From contig OY970303.1 in the NCBI GenBank assembly GCA_963716255.1, positions 7,776,001 through 7,840,000 on the forward strand: a stretch of 64,000 nt of DNA, read 5' to 3'. Below, piece by piece: positions 8,496-18,791 of this stretch. The translations under genes were made by a program, and so were the position numbers. The number at the start of each line of letters is the position of its first letter. Position 1 is the stretch's first letter. The notes under the pieces were generated by a model that was not told the origin of the DNA, did not search any database, and saw only the letters and a program-made list of their open reading frames with translations. This DNA comes from an uncultured Gemmatimonadales bacterium. Lineage in GTDB: Bacteria > Gemmatimonadota > Gemmatimonadetes > Longimicrobiales > Longimicrobiaceae.

Positions 8496-9806
8496 TCAGA
8501 GGTTGATGCGCACGTAGGTCGTGCGCAGCAGCTCCTCCAGCACCTGCTGCTGGATCTTCTGCTGCTGGACGGATTCGCGCACCTGCTCGCGGAACTCTTC
8601 CAGCGTGTACTCGCCGGCCTCGCGCCGCTCGTTGACCTTGATCACCCCCCAGCCGATGCCGTGGGTCCCGCCCTCCAGCTGCACGGGGCCCAGCACCGAG
8701 CCCGCAGCGGCGCCCTGCATCAGCGGCTGGTACTCCGGGGGAAGCCGGTCCAGCGGCACGTCCTCCGCGAAGCGCCGGTCGGCGGGGGTGTCGTAGCGCT
8801 CGGCCAGCGCGTTCATGTCCGCCCCGGCGCGCGCGGCCGCGAGCACCGAGTCGGCGCGGACGCGGGAGCGGGCGCGGTCGGCGTCGTCCACCTCCGGGCG
8901 GATCAGGATGTGGCGGGCCTGGCGCTCGCCCGCGCGGGCCTTTTCCAGCTTGATGATGTGGAAGCCGAACGCCGTTTCCACGATCCCGCTCACGTCGCCC
9001 GGGCGCATGGCGAAGGCCACCTGCTCGAAGGGGCGGACCATCTGCCCCTGCTTGAACCACCCCAGGTCGCCGCCGCGCTCCTTGGAGCCGGGATCGTCCG
9101 AGAAGCGGCGCGCCAGCACCTCGAAGTCGCCGCCCTTGCGCAGCTCCTCCACCACCTGCTCGGCCTCGCGGCGCGCCGCGGCCTTCGCCGAGTCGCTGGG
9201 CGCCGGCTCCACGACCACCTGCTCGAACGAGACCGTGGCCGGACGGGTGCCCAGCTGCGCGCGCTGCGACTCGAACGCGGCCTGGATCTCGGCGTCGGTG
9301 ACCACCGGGCGCACCGCGTTCCCCACCCGCTGCGAGATGAAGCGGGCCACCATCATCCGCGAGCGGGTCTGCTCCAGCCGCCTGGCGCGGAACTCGGGCA
9401 GGGTGAGCCCGGACTGGGCCAGCGCCGCGTTGAACTCCGCCTCCGAGGGGAAGCGGCCGCGGATCTCGCGGATCTCCTGGTCCACGGTGCGCTCCACCTC
9501 GTCGTCGCCCACGGTGACCCCGGCGAGCCTGGCGGCGTTCAGGGCGACCAGGTCGTTGACGCGGGTCTGCACGATCTGGCGCACCATCGTGGCCTGGCCC
9601 TCCGCGTCGGCGGGGAGCTGGCGACCGGCGGCGCGCAGCTGCGCGACCTCCTCCTGCACGTCGGAAAGGAGGAGGGCGGTGTCGCCCACCACGGCCACCA
9701 CGCGGTCCACCAGCTCCTCCCCCTGCTGCGGGGCGGGAGCCTGGGTCTGCGCGGCGAGCGCCAAGGGCGCGGCGGCGAGGAGTGCGAACGCGGTACGGAT
9801 GCGCAT
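8496..9806 (-). CDS. surA: SurA-like periplasmic chaperone/parvulin PPIase
   Basis: Signal peptide, VDRVVAVVG, S.DPGS..GGDLGW, FGFHIIK, ARHILI; adjacent to pdxA. Confidence 0.85.
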   Translation of the reverse strand: MRIRTAFALLAAAPLALAAQTQAPAPQQGEELVDRVVAVVGDTALLLSDVQEEVAQLRAAGRQLPADAEGQATMVRQIVQTRVNDLVALNAARLAGVTVGDDEVERTVDQEIREIRGRFPSEAEFNAALAQSGLTLPEFRARRLEQTRSRMMVARFISQRVGNAVRPVVTDAEIQAAFESQRAQLGTRPATVSFEQVVVEPAPSDSAKAAARREAEQVVEELRKGGDFEVLARRFSDDPGSKERGGDLGWFKQGQMVRPFEQVAFAMRPGDVSGIVETAFGFHIIKLEKARAGERQARHILIRPEVDDADRARSRVRADSVLAAARAGADMNALAERYDTPADRRFAEDVPLDRLPPEYQPLMQGAAAGSVLGPVQLEGGTHGIGWGVIKVNERREAGEYTLEEFREQVRESVQQQKIQQQVLEELLRTTYVRINL

Positions 9807-9927
9807 GACGGGTCGGGTGGGTCGTGGGCTGCGGCGGACGCGCCGCCGGTCGGGTGCGGCTCCGGGGAACGGACGCCGCGGGGCCACGGAGTGCGACTGC
9901 GCGCCCGTGGCCCCGCGGTTCATACGC

Positions 9928-9961
9928 CCTTCCGGGGCGCGGAGTTCCGCGCCCCGGAAGG
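9928..9961. other. Intercistronic hairpin (mRNA-stabilising or terminator-like)
   Basis: ccttccggggcgcgga-gt-tccgcgccccggaagg; no U-tract on the coding (minus) strand. Confidence 0.5.
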
Positions 9962-9970
9962 AAAGGACGG

Positions 9971-11476
9971 CTACTGCGGCGCGCCGGGCTGCTGCCCGGG
10001 CTGCTGCTGGGGCTGCGCGGGCATCGCCTCCGGCTGCCCGGGCATGGGCATCGGCACCTGCTGGCCGGGGGCCGGCACGGCGCCGCCGGCGGGCGGGGCG
10101 CCGGGCATGGAGGAGCGGATGGTCTGCATCTGCTTCACCACCTCGGGGAAGGTCCCCTCGTTGACCTCGAAGTCGAACGCGCTGCGCAGCGCCGGGCTGA
10201 GCGGCCCCAGCTGCGGCACCTGCCGCGTCTGGCTGATGGCGCCCTCGATCAGCTCGCGGACGCGCGTCTCGATCACCGTGTTGGCGCCGGAGCCGCGCGG
10301 CAGACGGTTGAAGCCGGCCATGCGCACCATCTCGGAGATGGCCTGGCGGGTGCCGCGCCGGATGGTGTCCAGCTGCGCCGGGGAGGCGGTGATCTTGAGG
10401 CGCTCCGCCTGGTTGAGCAGGAGCTCCCGGTTGGTCATCTGCTCCACCAGGGCGTTGACCTGCTCGTCGGTGGCCTGCCCGAAGCTGCCGCGGGCCTGCG
10501 CCGGGAGGGTGCGCAGGAACTGCGCGAACTCGCCGGTGGTCAGCTCGCCGCCCTTGTACGAGGCCATGGTCCGCGACGCGGCGCGGCCCTTGAGCTCCAG
10601 GTTGTCCTGCTCCGCCAGCTCGCGCGCGATCTTGGCGGCGCCGGGCGCCACCTCCACGCCCGCGGCCTTGGTCAGCGAGTCCACGAAGGACTTCTCGGCG
10701 TCCTGCTGGGCCTTCTGCACCAGGAAGCGGGTGAAGTCCGCGCGCTGCTCGCCCATCTCGGTCTGCCGGCGGTCCTCCAGGCGGATGACGTGGTAGCCGA
10801 ACGGCGTCTCCACCACCGGGCTGATCTGGCCGGGCTGCAGCTTGAAGGCGGCCTCCTCGAAGGGAGCCACCATCCGCCCGCGCCCGAAGTAGCCCAGGTC
10901 GCCGCCCTGCACCTTGCTCCCCGGGTCCTCCGAGTAGCGGCCGGCCAGCGCGGCGAAGTCGGCGCCGCCGGCGGCCTGCGCGCGGACGGCCTCCGCCTGG
11001 CGGCGCACGCTGTCGCGCTGCGTGGGGGTGGCCTCGGCGGGCACCTGGAAGAGGATGTGGCGCGCGCGGATCTCGGCGCCGGGGCCCTCGGAAGCCCACT
11101 TCTGCTGGATCTCGGCCTCGGTGAAGACGGTGTCGGGGCGGATCACCTGGTCGCGCAGGCGCGCCATCACGATCTGGTCGCGCTGCGGGGCGAGGAGCTC
11201 GTCCATGTTGATCACGGCGAGCGTGGTGTCCTCGGCGGCGGCGGTGGCCAGCAGGGTGTAGTCCACCCACATGTTCGCCAGCTCCTGCACCACCTCGGGG
11301 GTGGCGGGGATCTGCGGGTTCGCCGCGAGCATGCGGGCGGCGTCCGCCACCTTCAGCTCCTTGCCTCCGGCCTTGGCGACAACGTCGGTGTGCGAGGTCA
11401 TGGCCTTGCCGAAGCTGCCGCATCCCCCGGCGAGAAGGGGGGCGGCGGCCAGCAGGGCCCAGCGGGACAGCTTCAT
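9971..11476 (-). CDS. Parvulin-type PPIase lipoprotein (PrsA/PpiD-like)
   Basis: Lipobox LAGGC, IRARHIL, SEDPGS..GGDLG, PFEEAAF, FGYHVIR; P/Q-rich tail. Confidence 0.88.
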   Translation of the reverse strand: MKLSRWALLAAAPLLAGGCGSFGKAMTSHTDVVAKAGGKELKVADAARMLAANPQIPATPEVVQELANMWVDYTLLATAAAEDTTLAVINMDELLAPQRDQIVMARLRDQVIRPDTVFTEAEIQQKWASEGPGAEIRARHILFQVPAEATPTQRDSVRRQAEAVRAQAAGGADFAALAGRYSEDPGSKVQGGDLGYFGRGRMVAPFEEAAFKLQPGQISPVVETPFGYHVIRLEDRRQTEMGEQRADFTRFLVQKAQQDAEKSFVDSLTKAAGVEVAPGAAKIARELAEQDNLELKGRAASRTMASYKGGELTTGEFAQFLRTLPAQARGSFGQATDEQVNALVEQMTNRELLLNQAERLKITASPAQLDTIRRGTRQAISEMVRMAGFNRLPRGSGANTVIETRVRELIEGAISQTRQVPQLGPLSPALRSAFDFEVNEGTFPEVVKQMQTIRSSMPGAPPAGGAVPAPGQQVPMPMPGQPEAMPAQPQQQPGQQPGAPQ

Positions 11477-11543
11477 GCGAATCTCCAGCGACGGGTGATT
11501 GGTTGAACGGCCTGAAAGACGATCGGGTGGAGCGTGGTGCGTC

Positions 11544-14500
11544 CTACACGTTGGCGGCCTTTTCCTGCTCCAGCTGGCGGAGCGATTCCACCAGGGTGGA
11601 CAGGATGGGCTCGGTGCCGCGGCGGTGCAGGGTGAGGGAGAGCGGGATCGGGCGGCGCACCTCCACCTCGAACTGCCGGGCGGCGAGGACCCGCTGCAGC
11701 ACCACCATGCGGGGGACCACCCCCTTGCGGAAGTTGAGGCGCACGTCCCAGGAGCGCACCAGCAGCCGCTCGATCCCCAGCGCGCCCCCCAGCAGGCGCA
11801 GCGCGGCGGTGGCGAGCAGCGCCTCCACCTCGGGCGGGATGGGGCCGTAGCGGTCGCGCAGCTCCCTGCGGAGCGCTTCGATCTGCTGGGGGCTCTCCTC
11901 GCGCGCCAGCCGCCGGTAGAAGTGGAGCTTCTGCGCCTCGTCGGGAACGTACTCGTCGGGGATCAGCGCCACGCCGTCCACCGACACGTCGGTGGCCTGC
12001 CGCGAGGGCGCGCCGCCGTCGCCCTTCATCTGCCGGACGGTCTCCTCCAGCAGGCGCATGTAGGTGTCGAAGCCCACCGCGTGCACGAAGCCGGACTGCT
12101 CGGAGCCGAGGATGTTACCCGCGCCGCGCAGCTCCAGGTCCTTGAGGGCGATGCGGTAGCCGCTCCCCAGCTCCGTGTAGTGCTCCAGCACCCGCAGCCG
12201 CTTCTCCGCCTCCTCCGACACCTCGTCCGGCACCAGCAGGTAGCAGTAGGCGCGGTGGTGGCTGCGGCCCACGCGCCCGCGGATCTGGTACAGCTGCGAC
12301 AGGCCGAAGTGGTCCGCGCGGTTGACGATCAGGGTGTTGGCGCGGGGCACGTCCAGCCCCGACTCGATGATGGCCGTGGCGCAGAGGATCTCCACCTCCC
12401 CTTCCAGGAAGCGGGTCATCACCTCCTCCAGCTCCTTTTCCTTCATCTGCCCGTGCGCCACCCCCACCCGGGCGTCCGGCACCAGGTCCGCGACCCGCTT
12501 CGCCACCACGGGGATGGTCTCCACCCGGTTGTGGACGAAGAACACCTGTCCGCCGCGGTCCAGCTCGCGCCGGATGGCGTCCTCCAGCACCGCGTCCGCC
12601 CACGGGAGGACGTGGGTGATGATGGGTTGCCGGTCGCGCGGAGGCGTCTGGATCAGCGTCATGTCCCGCAGCCCGAGCAGCGAGAAGTGCAGCGTGCGCG
12701 GGATGGGGGTGGCGGTGAGCGTCAGCACGTCCACCGTGCGCCGCAGCTGCTTGAGCCGTTCCTTGTGCTTGACCCCGAAGCGCTGCTCCTCGTCCACCAC
12801 GATCAGCCCCAGCTCGTGGAACTTGACGTCGCCGGAAAGCAGGCGGTGAGTGCCCACGATGATGTCCACCTCGCCCCGCTCCAGCCGCTCCAGCGCGACC
12901 GCCTGCTCCTTCGCCGTGCGGAAGCGGGACAGGGCTTCGATCCGCACCGGGAAGTCGGCCAGGCGCTCGGCGAAGGTGTGCAGGTGCTGCTCGGCGAGGA
13001 TGGTGGTGGGGACCAGCACCGCCACCTGCCTGCCGTCCTGCACCGCCTTGAAGGCCGCGCGGATGGCGATCTCGGTCTTGCCGTACCCCACGTCGCCGCA
13101 GATCAGCCGGTCCATGGGACGCGCGGACTCCATGTCGCGCTTGACGTCCTCGGTGGCCTGCCGCTGGTCCGGCGTGTCCTCGAACAGGAAGGCCGACTCC
13201 ATCTCGCGCTGCCAGCGGGTGTCCGCGGCAAAGGCGTATCCTTTCTCGGCCTCGCGGGCGGCGTACAGCTCCAGGAGCTCCGCCGTCATCTCCGCGATCG
13301 CCTTTTTCGTCTTCTGCTTGGTGCGCGTCCACTCCTTGCCGCCGATCTTGTGGACCCGCGGCGGAGGCCCCTCGTCGTTGTCCGAGACCCAGCGCTCGAT
13401 CAGGTCCACGCGGTGCACGGGAACGCGCAGCAATTCCCCGCCGGCGTACTCGATCACCAGCGTCTCGAACTCCTCCTCGCCGACGCGCACGCGCTCCATC
13501 CGGCGGAACTGCCCCACGCCGTGGTCCATGTGGACCACGTACTCCCCCGGCTTGAGCGCCGAGATGCTTTCCAGCGCCGCGCCCCCCCGGAAGCGCCGCT
13601 TGCGCCGGATGCGGCGGGTGCGGCGGAAGATCTCGTGGTCGGTGAGGACCCGCAGCGGCGGGTCGGCGTCGGCCAGGATGAAGCCGCCGCTGACGGAGCC
13701 CAGCGCCAGGGTGACGTCGGACCGGACGCGCAGCTCGTCCAGCAGCTCCTGCAGGCGCTCCAGCTGGCCCTGGTTGTCGCACAGCACCAGCGAGCGCTCG
13801 CCGCGGGCCGCGCCTGCGCGCAGTACCTCGCCCAGCCGCGCCATGTCGCGGTCGATGGCCTCCGGCGGGGCGGCGCGGAAGCGCAGCGCCCGCGCCGCCG
13901 CGGGCCCCTCGGCCACGAACATCTGCGGAAAGGCGTCCAGCCGCGCGGCGGCGTCGTCCGCCGCGAGGAAGAGCGCCTCGGGGGGCTCGGGGCGGGCCCC
14001 GCGCTGCTCCTCGGCCAGGTGCAGGCGCTGCACCTCGGCCCAGGTGCGCTCCAGCTCCGCGTGCGTCGCCCCGGCGGTGAGGTGCACCAGCACCGTGTCC
14101 GGGGGAAGGTACTCCAGGAGCGAGCGCCGGGGGCCGGGGGCGTCGCCGGCCGGCGTGGCGCGCTGCCGCCCGTCCGCCGCGGAGGCCGGGCGCAGGTCCA
14201 GGGGGAGCACCTGGATGGCGTCGACGGTGCGGACGGAAAGCTGGGAAAGCAGGTCGAAGTGGCGGATGGACTCCACCTGGTCGCCCCAGAACTCGATCCG
14301 CGCCGGCTCCGGCGTCCCGAAGCCGAACACGTCCACGATCCCCCCGCGGAGCGCGAACTGGCCCACCTCCTCCACGGTGGCCACGCGCTCGAACCCCATC
14401 TCCTCCAGCCGGGCGCTCAGGTCGGCGGGGCGGATCTCCTCGCCGGTCTTCAGCTCCAGCCGCAGGTCCTCCAGCCCCTCCACCGCCGGGGACAGCTCCT

Positions 14501-14885
14501 GCAGCGCGCGGGTGGTGGTCACCAGCAGCGCCGTGCGGCCGCCCAGCAGCGCCTCCAGCGCCTCCACGCGGGCCCCGCCGATCTCCACGTGCGGCTCTCC
14601 CTCCTCGTAGGGGAGGGATTCGCGCTGCGGGTAGAGCTGGACGGCGCCCTCGCCCAGGAGCGCCTCCAGGTCGCTGCTCACCTGCTCGGCGCCGTCCGGC
14701 GTGGAAGCCACCAGCAGCCAGATCCGCTCGGGGCGGGCGCGGTGCAGCGCCCCCACCAGCACGGCCGGGGACGCGCCGGCCAGCCCCTCCACGAGCACCG
14801 ACTCTCCCGCGCGCGGGAGCCCGGATGCCAGCTCGCGGAACGCGGGGACGGAGCGGAACGCTTCGATCAGGAGCGGATGCGGCAC
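11544..14885 (-). CDS. mfd: Transcription-repair coupling factor Mfd
   Basis: [58 protein letters not shown]. Confidence 0.97.
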   Translation of the reverse strand: MPHPLLIEAFRSVPAFRELASGLPRAGESVLVEGLAGASPAVLVGALHRARPERIWLLVASTPDGAEQVSSDLEALLGEGAVQLYPQRESLPYEEGEPHVEIGGARVEALEALLGGRTALLVTTTRALQELSPAVEGLEDLRLELKTGEEIRPADLSARLEEMGFERVATVEEVGQFALRGGIVDVFGFGTPEPARIEFWGDQVESIRHFDLLSQLSVRTVDAIQVLPLDLRPASAADGRQRATPAGDAPGPRRSLLEYLPPDTVLVHLTAGATHAELERTWAEVQRLHLAEEQRGARPEPPEALFLAADDAAARLDAFPQMFVAEGPAAARALRFRAAPPEAIDRDMARLGEVLRAGAARGERSLVLCDNQGQLERLQELLDELRVRSDVTLALGSVSGGFILADADPPLRVLTDHEIFRRTRRIRRKRRFRGGAALESISALKPGEYVVHMDHGVGQFRRMERVRVGEEEFETLVIEYAGGELLRVPVHRVDLIERWVSDNDEGPPPRVHKIGGKEWTRTKQKTKKAIAEMTAELLELYAAREAEKGYAFAADTRWQREMESAFLFEDTPDQRQATEDVKRDMESARPMDRLICGDVGYGKTEIAIRAAFKAVQDGRQVAVLVPTTILAEQHLHTFAERLADFPVRIEALSRFRTAKEQAVALERLERGEVDIIVGTHRLLSGDVKFHELGLIVVDEEQRFGVKHKERLKQLRRTVDVLTLTATPIPRTLHFSLLGLRDMTLIQTPPRDRQPIITHVLPWADAVLEDAIRRELDRGGQVFFVHNRVETIPVVAKRVADLVPDARVGVAHGQMKEKELEEVMTRFLEGEVEILCATAIIESGLDVPRANTLIVNRADHFGLSQLYQIRGRVGRSHHRAYCYLLVPDEVSEEAEKRLRVLEHYTELGSGYRIALKDLELRGAGNILGSEQSGFVHAVGFDTYMRLLEETVRQMKGDGGAPSRQATDVSVDGVALIPDEYVPDEAQKLHFYRRLAREESPQQIEALRRELRDRYGPIPPEVEALLATAALRLLGGALGIERLLVRSWDVRLNFRKGVVPRMVVLQRVLAARQFEVEVRRPIPLSLTLHRRGTEPILSTLVESLRQLEQEKAANV

Positions 14886-15034
14886 GGCCTGCGGCGGGGG
14901 GAGGACGGGTGCGGGTCAGGCGCGGCGCGCCGCCACGGTTGATCTTGCGCCGCCGATCCGATACCATCCGGGAGGCGCGGTCGCACGGCGGCCCCGGAGC
15001 GCGCACGCCGCGCACGCCGGGGGACAAACGTCGC

Positions 15035-15064
15035 AAGCTAAGGGGACCCGGCACCGCGCGTCAA
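15035..15064 (-). promoter_or_regulatory. Putative promoter of the mfd run (TTGACG-N18-TAGCTT)
   Basis: Matches the window's TTGACA/TANNTT pattern, 150 bp upstream of mfd. Confidence 0.45.
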
Positions 15065-15268
15065 CCGCCGGGCGTCCCGCGCCCGCCCGGTCCGGCGCCG
15101 CTCCCCGTCCGCCGCGCGGACACACGCTGTCCCCCGCGGGAGACGCCGCCGCGCGCGCCGCCGCCCCCCCGGCGGTCCAAGTCGTTTGCCGACAACGCTG
15201 TCTCCCGCGCCTCCCACGCGGAACGCGCCTTGCCCTTTTTCTCCGTGCACCCCAGCGGAGCCCTTTCC

Positions 15269-16528
15269 ATGAACAAGATCCTTCCCGTCCTCGCGCTGCT
15301 CGCCGTATGCGGCACCGCGGGAGCAGCCCCCGCCCGCGCCGCCGGCGGACCCGCCGCGGCCGCCGCCGCCCCCGACCAGGGCTACGACCTGCGCGTCCGC
15401 GTCTGGGCGGACGCGGACCGCGACCAGTTCCGCTCCGGCGAGCGGATCCGCATGCAGTTCAACGCCAACCGCAGCGCCTACGCCGCGGTGGTGCACATCA
15501 CCACCGACGGCGAGGTGGAGTTCCTGTTCCCGCGCTCGCCGTGGGACGACGGCTACGTCCAGGGCGGGCGCAGCTACTCGCTCCCCTACGCGGGCGGCGG
15601 GTACGCCTCGTCGTGGACGGTGCGCGGGGCGCCCGGGATCGGGTACGTGTTCGTGATCGCCTCGGACGAGCCGCTGGACTTCCGCGGCTTCCAGGACGGC
15701 CGCGGCCGCTCGTCGTGGGGCTACCGCACCATCGGCTCGTCGTTCCGCGGCGACCCGTACTACGCCCTGGACCGCCTCGTGGACGAGCTGGTGCCGGACC
15801 CGGACTACGCGGACTACGCCACCGACTCGTACGCGTACCACGTGGGCGGGCGGCACGCGTACCCGCGCTGGTCGTGCTACGACGGCTACGCCGACGCGTA
15901 CGCCTGGGGAGGGTACTACGACCGCTGCGACCGGCTGGTGGTTTTGCTCCGGTACGACCCGTACTATTATCAACCGCACCGCTACCCGCGCTCCCGCGGC
16001 TACTATCTTGCGGACCGGTACTACGCGGACGGCCGCCGCCGGCAGCCCGAGCACCGCTACAAGGAGCCGCGCGCCGCGGAGGGCCGCGACGCCTACGGCG
16101 ACCGGACGCGGGGCGGGGGCTACGACGCGCCGCCGCTGCGCCGCTCGGGCGACTCGTACGACCCGCCGGCGCGGACGCGGCCGGAGCCCCGCTCGGGCGG
16201 CGGGGACGGCGGCGGCTACACCCGGGCCGACTGGCAGCAGGGCCAGCAGCCCACGCAGGAGGGGAAGCGGCCGCGCGAGGAGCGACCCCGCACGGAGGAG
16301 CGGACGCGGCCCACTCTGCAGCGCCGCCCCACCGAGCCGGAAACCTCCCGCCCGCGGGTGACCGCGCCGCAGCGGGAGCCCCGGCAGGAAGCGCCGCCGC
16401 GGCGGGAAGCCCCGCCGCAGCGCGAGTCCACGCGCGAGCGTCCGCGCTCCGAGCCGTCTGCGAACCACGAACGTTCCCGACCCTCCGCGGGGGGCAGCGC
16501 CCGCGTCCGCCCGGGGGGAGAACTGTAG
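15269..16528 (+). CDS. Secreted DUF4384-like domain protein with Tyr-rich and R/P/E-rich disordered regions
   Basis: Signal peptide; F..GE.I...F.ANR.AY..V..I..DG.V..LFP and G.GYVFVIAS.EPL pattern. Confidence 0.7.
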   Translation: MNKILPVLALLAVCGTAGAAPARAAGGPAAAAAAPDQGYDLRVRVWADADRDQFRSGERIRMQFNANRSAYAAVVHITTDGEVEFLFPRSPWDDGYVQGGRSYSLPYAGGGYASSWTVRGAPGIGYVFVIASDEPLDFRGFQDGRGRSSWGYRTIGSSFRGDPYYALDRLVDELVPDPDYADYATDSYAYHVGGRHAYPRWSCYDGYADAYAWGGYYDRCDRLVVLLRYDPYYYQPHRYPRSRGYYLADRYYADGRRRQPEHRYKEPRAAEGRDAYGDRTRGGGYDAPPLRRSGDSYDPPARTRPEPRSGGGDGGGYTRADWQQGQQPTQEGKRPREERPRTEERTRPTLQRRPTEPETSRPRVTAPQREPRQEAPPRREAPPQRESTRERPRSEPSANHERSRPSAGGSARVRPGGEL

Positions 16529-16562
16529 GCCGAGGCCTACCCAACCCCATCCGGAGGACCCG

Positions 16563-18164
16563 ATGTCGCAACGCCCGTCCGTTGCCCTTCCACTCGGTGC
16601 GGCGCTCGCCCTCGCGGCGTGCGCCGCACCCGTTTCCGGCGTGCCCGCCCAGCAGCCCGTCCCCGCGTCCGCGGAGGCGGCCGCCGCCCCCGCCGGCTCG
16701 GCGGTGGACCGGGCCGCGGCCACCATCACCCCCGAGGACCTGCTCTCGCGCATCTCGTTCCTGGCTTCCGACGCCATGCGCGGGCGCGACACGCCCAGCC
16801 GCGAGCTGAACATCGTGGCGGAAGCGCTGATCGACCACCACCGGCGGCTGGGCCTGGAGCCGGCGGGGGAGAACGGCACCTACTACCAGTGGTACCCCTT
16901 CCCGCTGCGCGGCCTTTCCGCGGCGGGGGCCCGGCTGGAGGTGGCCGGCGGCGGCGCGCGGCAGACGCTGCGCCTGGGCCGGGACTTCTTCACCCGCGGC
17001 GGCACCACGGCGGACGTGAGCGGCGCGCTGGTGTACGTGGGGAAGGGGACGCAGGCGTCGTTCGGGGGCGCGGGGGCGCTGCGCGAGCGCATCGCGGTGG
17101 CCGCGCTCCCGGGCACCGGGAACCGGGCGTGGCGCACCGAGCGCAACCGGCAGGTGTCCGAGGCGCAGCGGGCGGGGGCGAGCGCCCTGATCCACGTGCT
17201 GGACGCCGCCTGGGGGGCGGACAGCATCGCCAAGTACGCCGCGGCCGCGGAGGAGCCCGGCCGGGTGCTGGGGGGAACCACGGCGTTCCCGGAGTTCTTC
17301 GTGACGCAGGCCGCCGCGCGCCGCATGTTCAGCGCGGGCAACCTGGCCTTCGAGGCGGCGTGGACCCGCGGGCAGAGCGCCGACATGCAGCCGGTGGCGC
17401 TCTCCGGCGTGCGGGTGACCGCGGCGGCCCCGTTCCGCGAGCTCGACCAGGCCCGGGCGCCCAACGTGGTGGCGGTGCTGCGCGGGAGCGACCCGGCGCT
17501 GCGCGACGAGTACGTGATCGTGTCGGCGCACATGGACCACATCGGCGTGAGCCGCACGCCGGTGAACGGCGACTCCATCAACAACGGCGCCGACGACGAC
17601 GCGTCCGGCACCGCCGGCCTGATGGAGATCGCCGAGGCGCTGGCCTCCATGCCCACGCGCCCGCGCCGCTCGGTGGTGTTCCTGCACGTGAGCGGCGAGG
17701 AGAAGGGGCTGCTGGGCTCGGAGTGGTACTCGGACCACCCCACGCTGCCGCTCCCGCAGATCGTGGCCAACATCAACGTGGACATGATCGGCCGCAACGC
17801 GACGGACAGCATCGTGGTGATCGGCAAGACGTACTCCACCATGGGCCCGCAGGTGAACGCCATCCGCGCCCGGCACCCGGAGCTGAACCTGGTGGCCGCG
17901 GACGACATCTGGCCGGACGAGCGCTTCTTCTTCCGCTCGGACCACTTCAACTTCGCGCGCAAGGAGGTCCCGGCGATCTTCTTCTTCAGCGGGGTGCACG
18001 AGGACTACCACCGTCCCTCGGACGAGGTGGCGAAGATCGACGAGAGCAAGGCGGCGCGCGTGGCGCGGCTGGTGTTCTACCTGACGCACGAGGTCGCCAA
18101 CGCCGACCAGCGGCCGCAGTGGGATCCCGCGGGGCTGGCGGAGGTGCGGGCGATGGTGCGGTGA
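16563..18164 (+). CDS. M28 family metallopeptidase lipoprotein with PA domain
   Basis: Lipobox LAAC, LASDAMRGR, SAHMDH, NGADDDASG, GEEKGLLGS, RSDH, DYHRPSD. Confidence 0.93.
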   Translation: MSQRPSVALPLGAALALAACAAPVSGVPAQQPVPASAEAAAAPAGSAVDRAAATITPEDLLSRISFLASDAMRGRDTPSRELNIVAEALIDHHRRLGLEPAGENGTYYQWYPFPLRGLSAAGARLEVAGGGARQTLRLGRDFFTRGGTTADVSGALVYVGKGTQASFGGAGALRERIAVAALPGTGNRAWRTERNRQVSEAQRAGASALIHVLDAAWGADSIAKYAAAAEEPGRVLGGTTAFPEFFVTQAAARRMFSAGNLAFEAAWTRGQSADMQPVALSGVRVTAAAPFRELDQARAPNVVAVLRGSDPALRDEYVIVSAHMDHIGVSRTPVNGDSINNGADDDASGTAGLMEIAEALASMPTRPRRSVVFLHVSGEEKGLLGSEWYSDHPTLPLPQIVANINVDMIGRNATDSIVVIGKTYSTMGPQVNAIRARHPELNLVAADDIWPDERFFFRSDHFNFARKEVPAIFFFSGVHEDYHRPSDEVAKIDESKAARVARLVFYLTHEVANADQRPQWDPAGLAEVRAMVR

Positions 18165-18204
18165 GGGTTTCCTGAAGACGGTCTTTTTGCAGGTTCGACG
18201 TGAC

Positions 18205-18240
18205 GAAGGGGCCCGGCGCGCTGCCGGGTCCCTTCTTTCT
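18205..18240 (+). terminator. Rho-independent terminator
   Basis: gaaggggcccggc...gccgggtcccttc followed by tttct. Confidence 0.6.
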
Positions 18241-18274
18241 CGGGTCCGATTCGGGCCGGGGCGGGTTCGTGCAG

Positions 18275-18408
18275 TGGGGCCGCTCCGGAGCCCGGCGGTA
18301 CTGCTGCCGGTCTCCTGCACGGGCTTCGGGAGCCAGGCCAAACAGCCGGCCTGTCTCCCTGCGCCGGAGGGAGCCAGCCGAAACTGCCCGGCTATCTCCC
18401 TCCGCAAC
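18275..18408 (+). repeat. Structured repeat family B, copy B2
   Basis: Three modules with loops gtactgc, aaacagcc and aaactgcc. Confidence 0.92.
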
Positions 18409-18475
18409 GGATCATGGGGATACTGCGGAACTGCGAACGGCTCGCGTCGGCGGGGTTCGGTGCGCGGTGGTCCGG

Positions 18476-18522
18476 CCCTCTCCCCCCGGCCCCCTCCCCC
18501 GCAAGCGGGAGAGGGGGAGAAC
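18476..18522 (+). repeat. Palindromic repeat family E (CCCTC..CCCCGCAAGCGGGAGAGGGGGAGAAC)
   Basis: Near-identical copy at 42652-42696. Confidence 0.85.
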
Positions 18523-18639
18523 GGCGTGCGCTCCGTCGAGCACGGAGCGGGTCCACAACGACGAACGGCGCCCCCTCGCGGGAGCGCCGTTCGCCGTTGC
18601 AGTTCGCCGTCGCCGTCCCAGCAGTACCCATATCCATCT

Positions 18640-18771
18640 GTTCGGTGGGAGACTCGCCGGCCGTTTGGCGAGGCTCACTCCGGCGGAGGGAAACCCGCCG
18701 GCCGTTTGGCGGGGTTCCCGGAGCCCGCGGAGGAGACGGACGGCAGTATCGTCCGGCTCCGTAGCGCCCGC
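18640..18771 (-). repeat. Structured repeat family B, copy B3 (inverted relative to B2)
   Basis: Reverse complement aligns with B4 across all three modules. Confidence 0.92.
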
Positions 18772-18791
18772 AAGATCCGCCGAAGACGCGC

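Noticed and set aside
7392..10796. Very long ORFs such as 7392-10796+, 11499-14942+, 32069-35455+, 37829-40771+ and 15498-18407-
   Set aside because: These are antisense or frame-shifted shadows of recognisable genes. They have R/G/A/P-rich composition and no motifs, as expected at this GC content.
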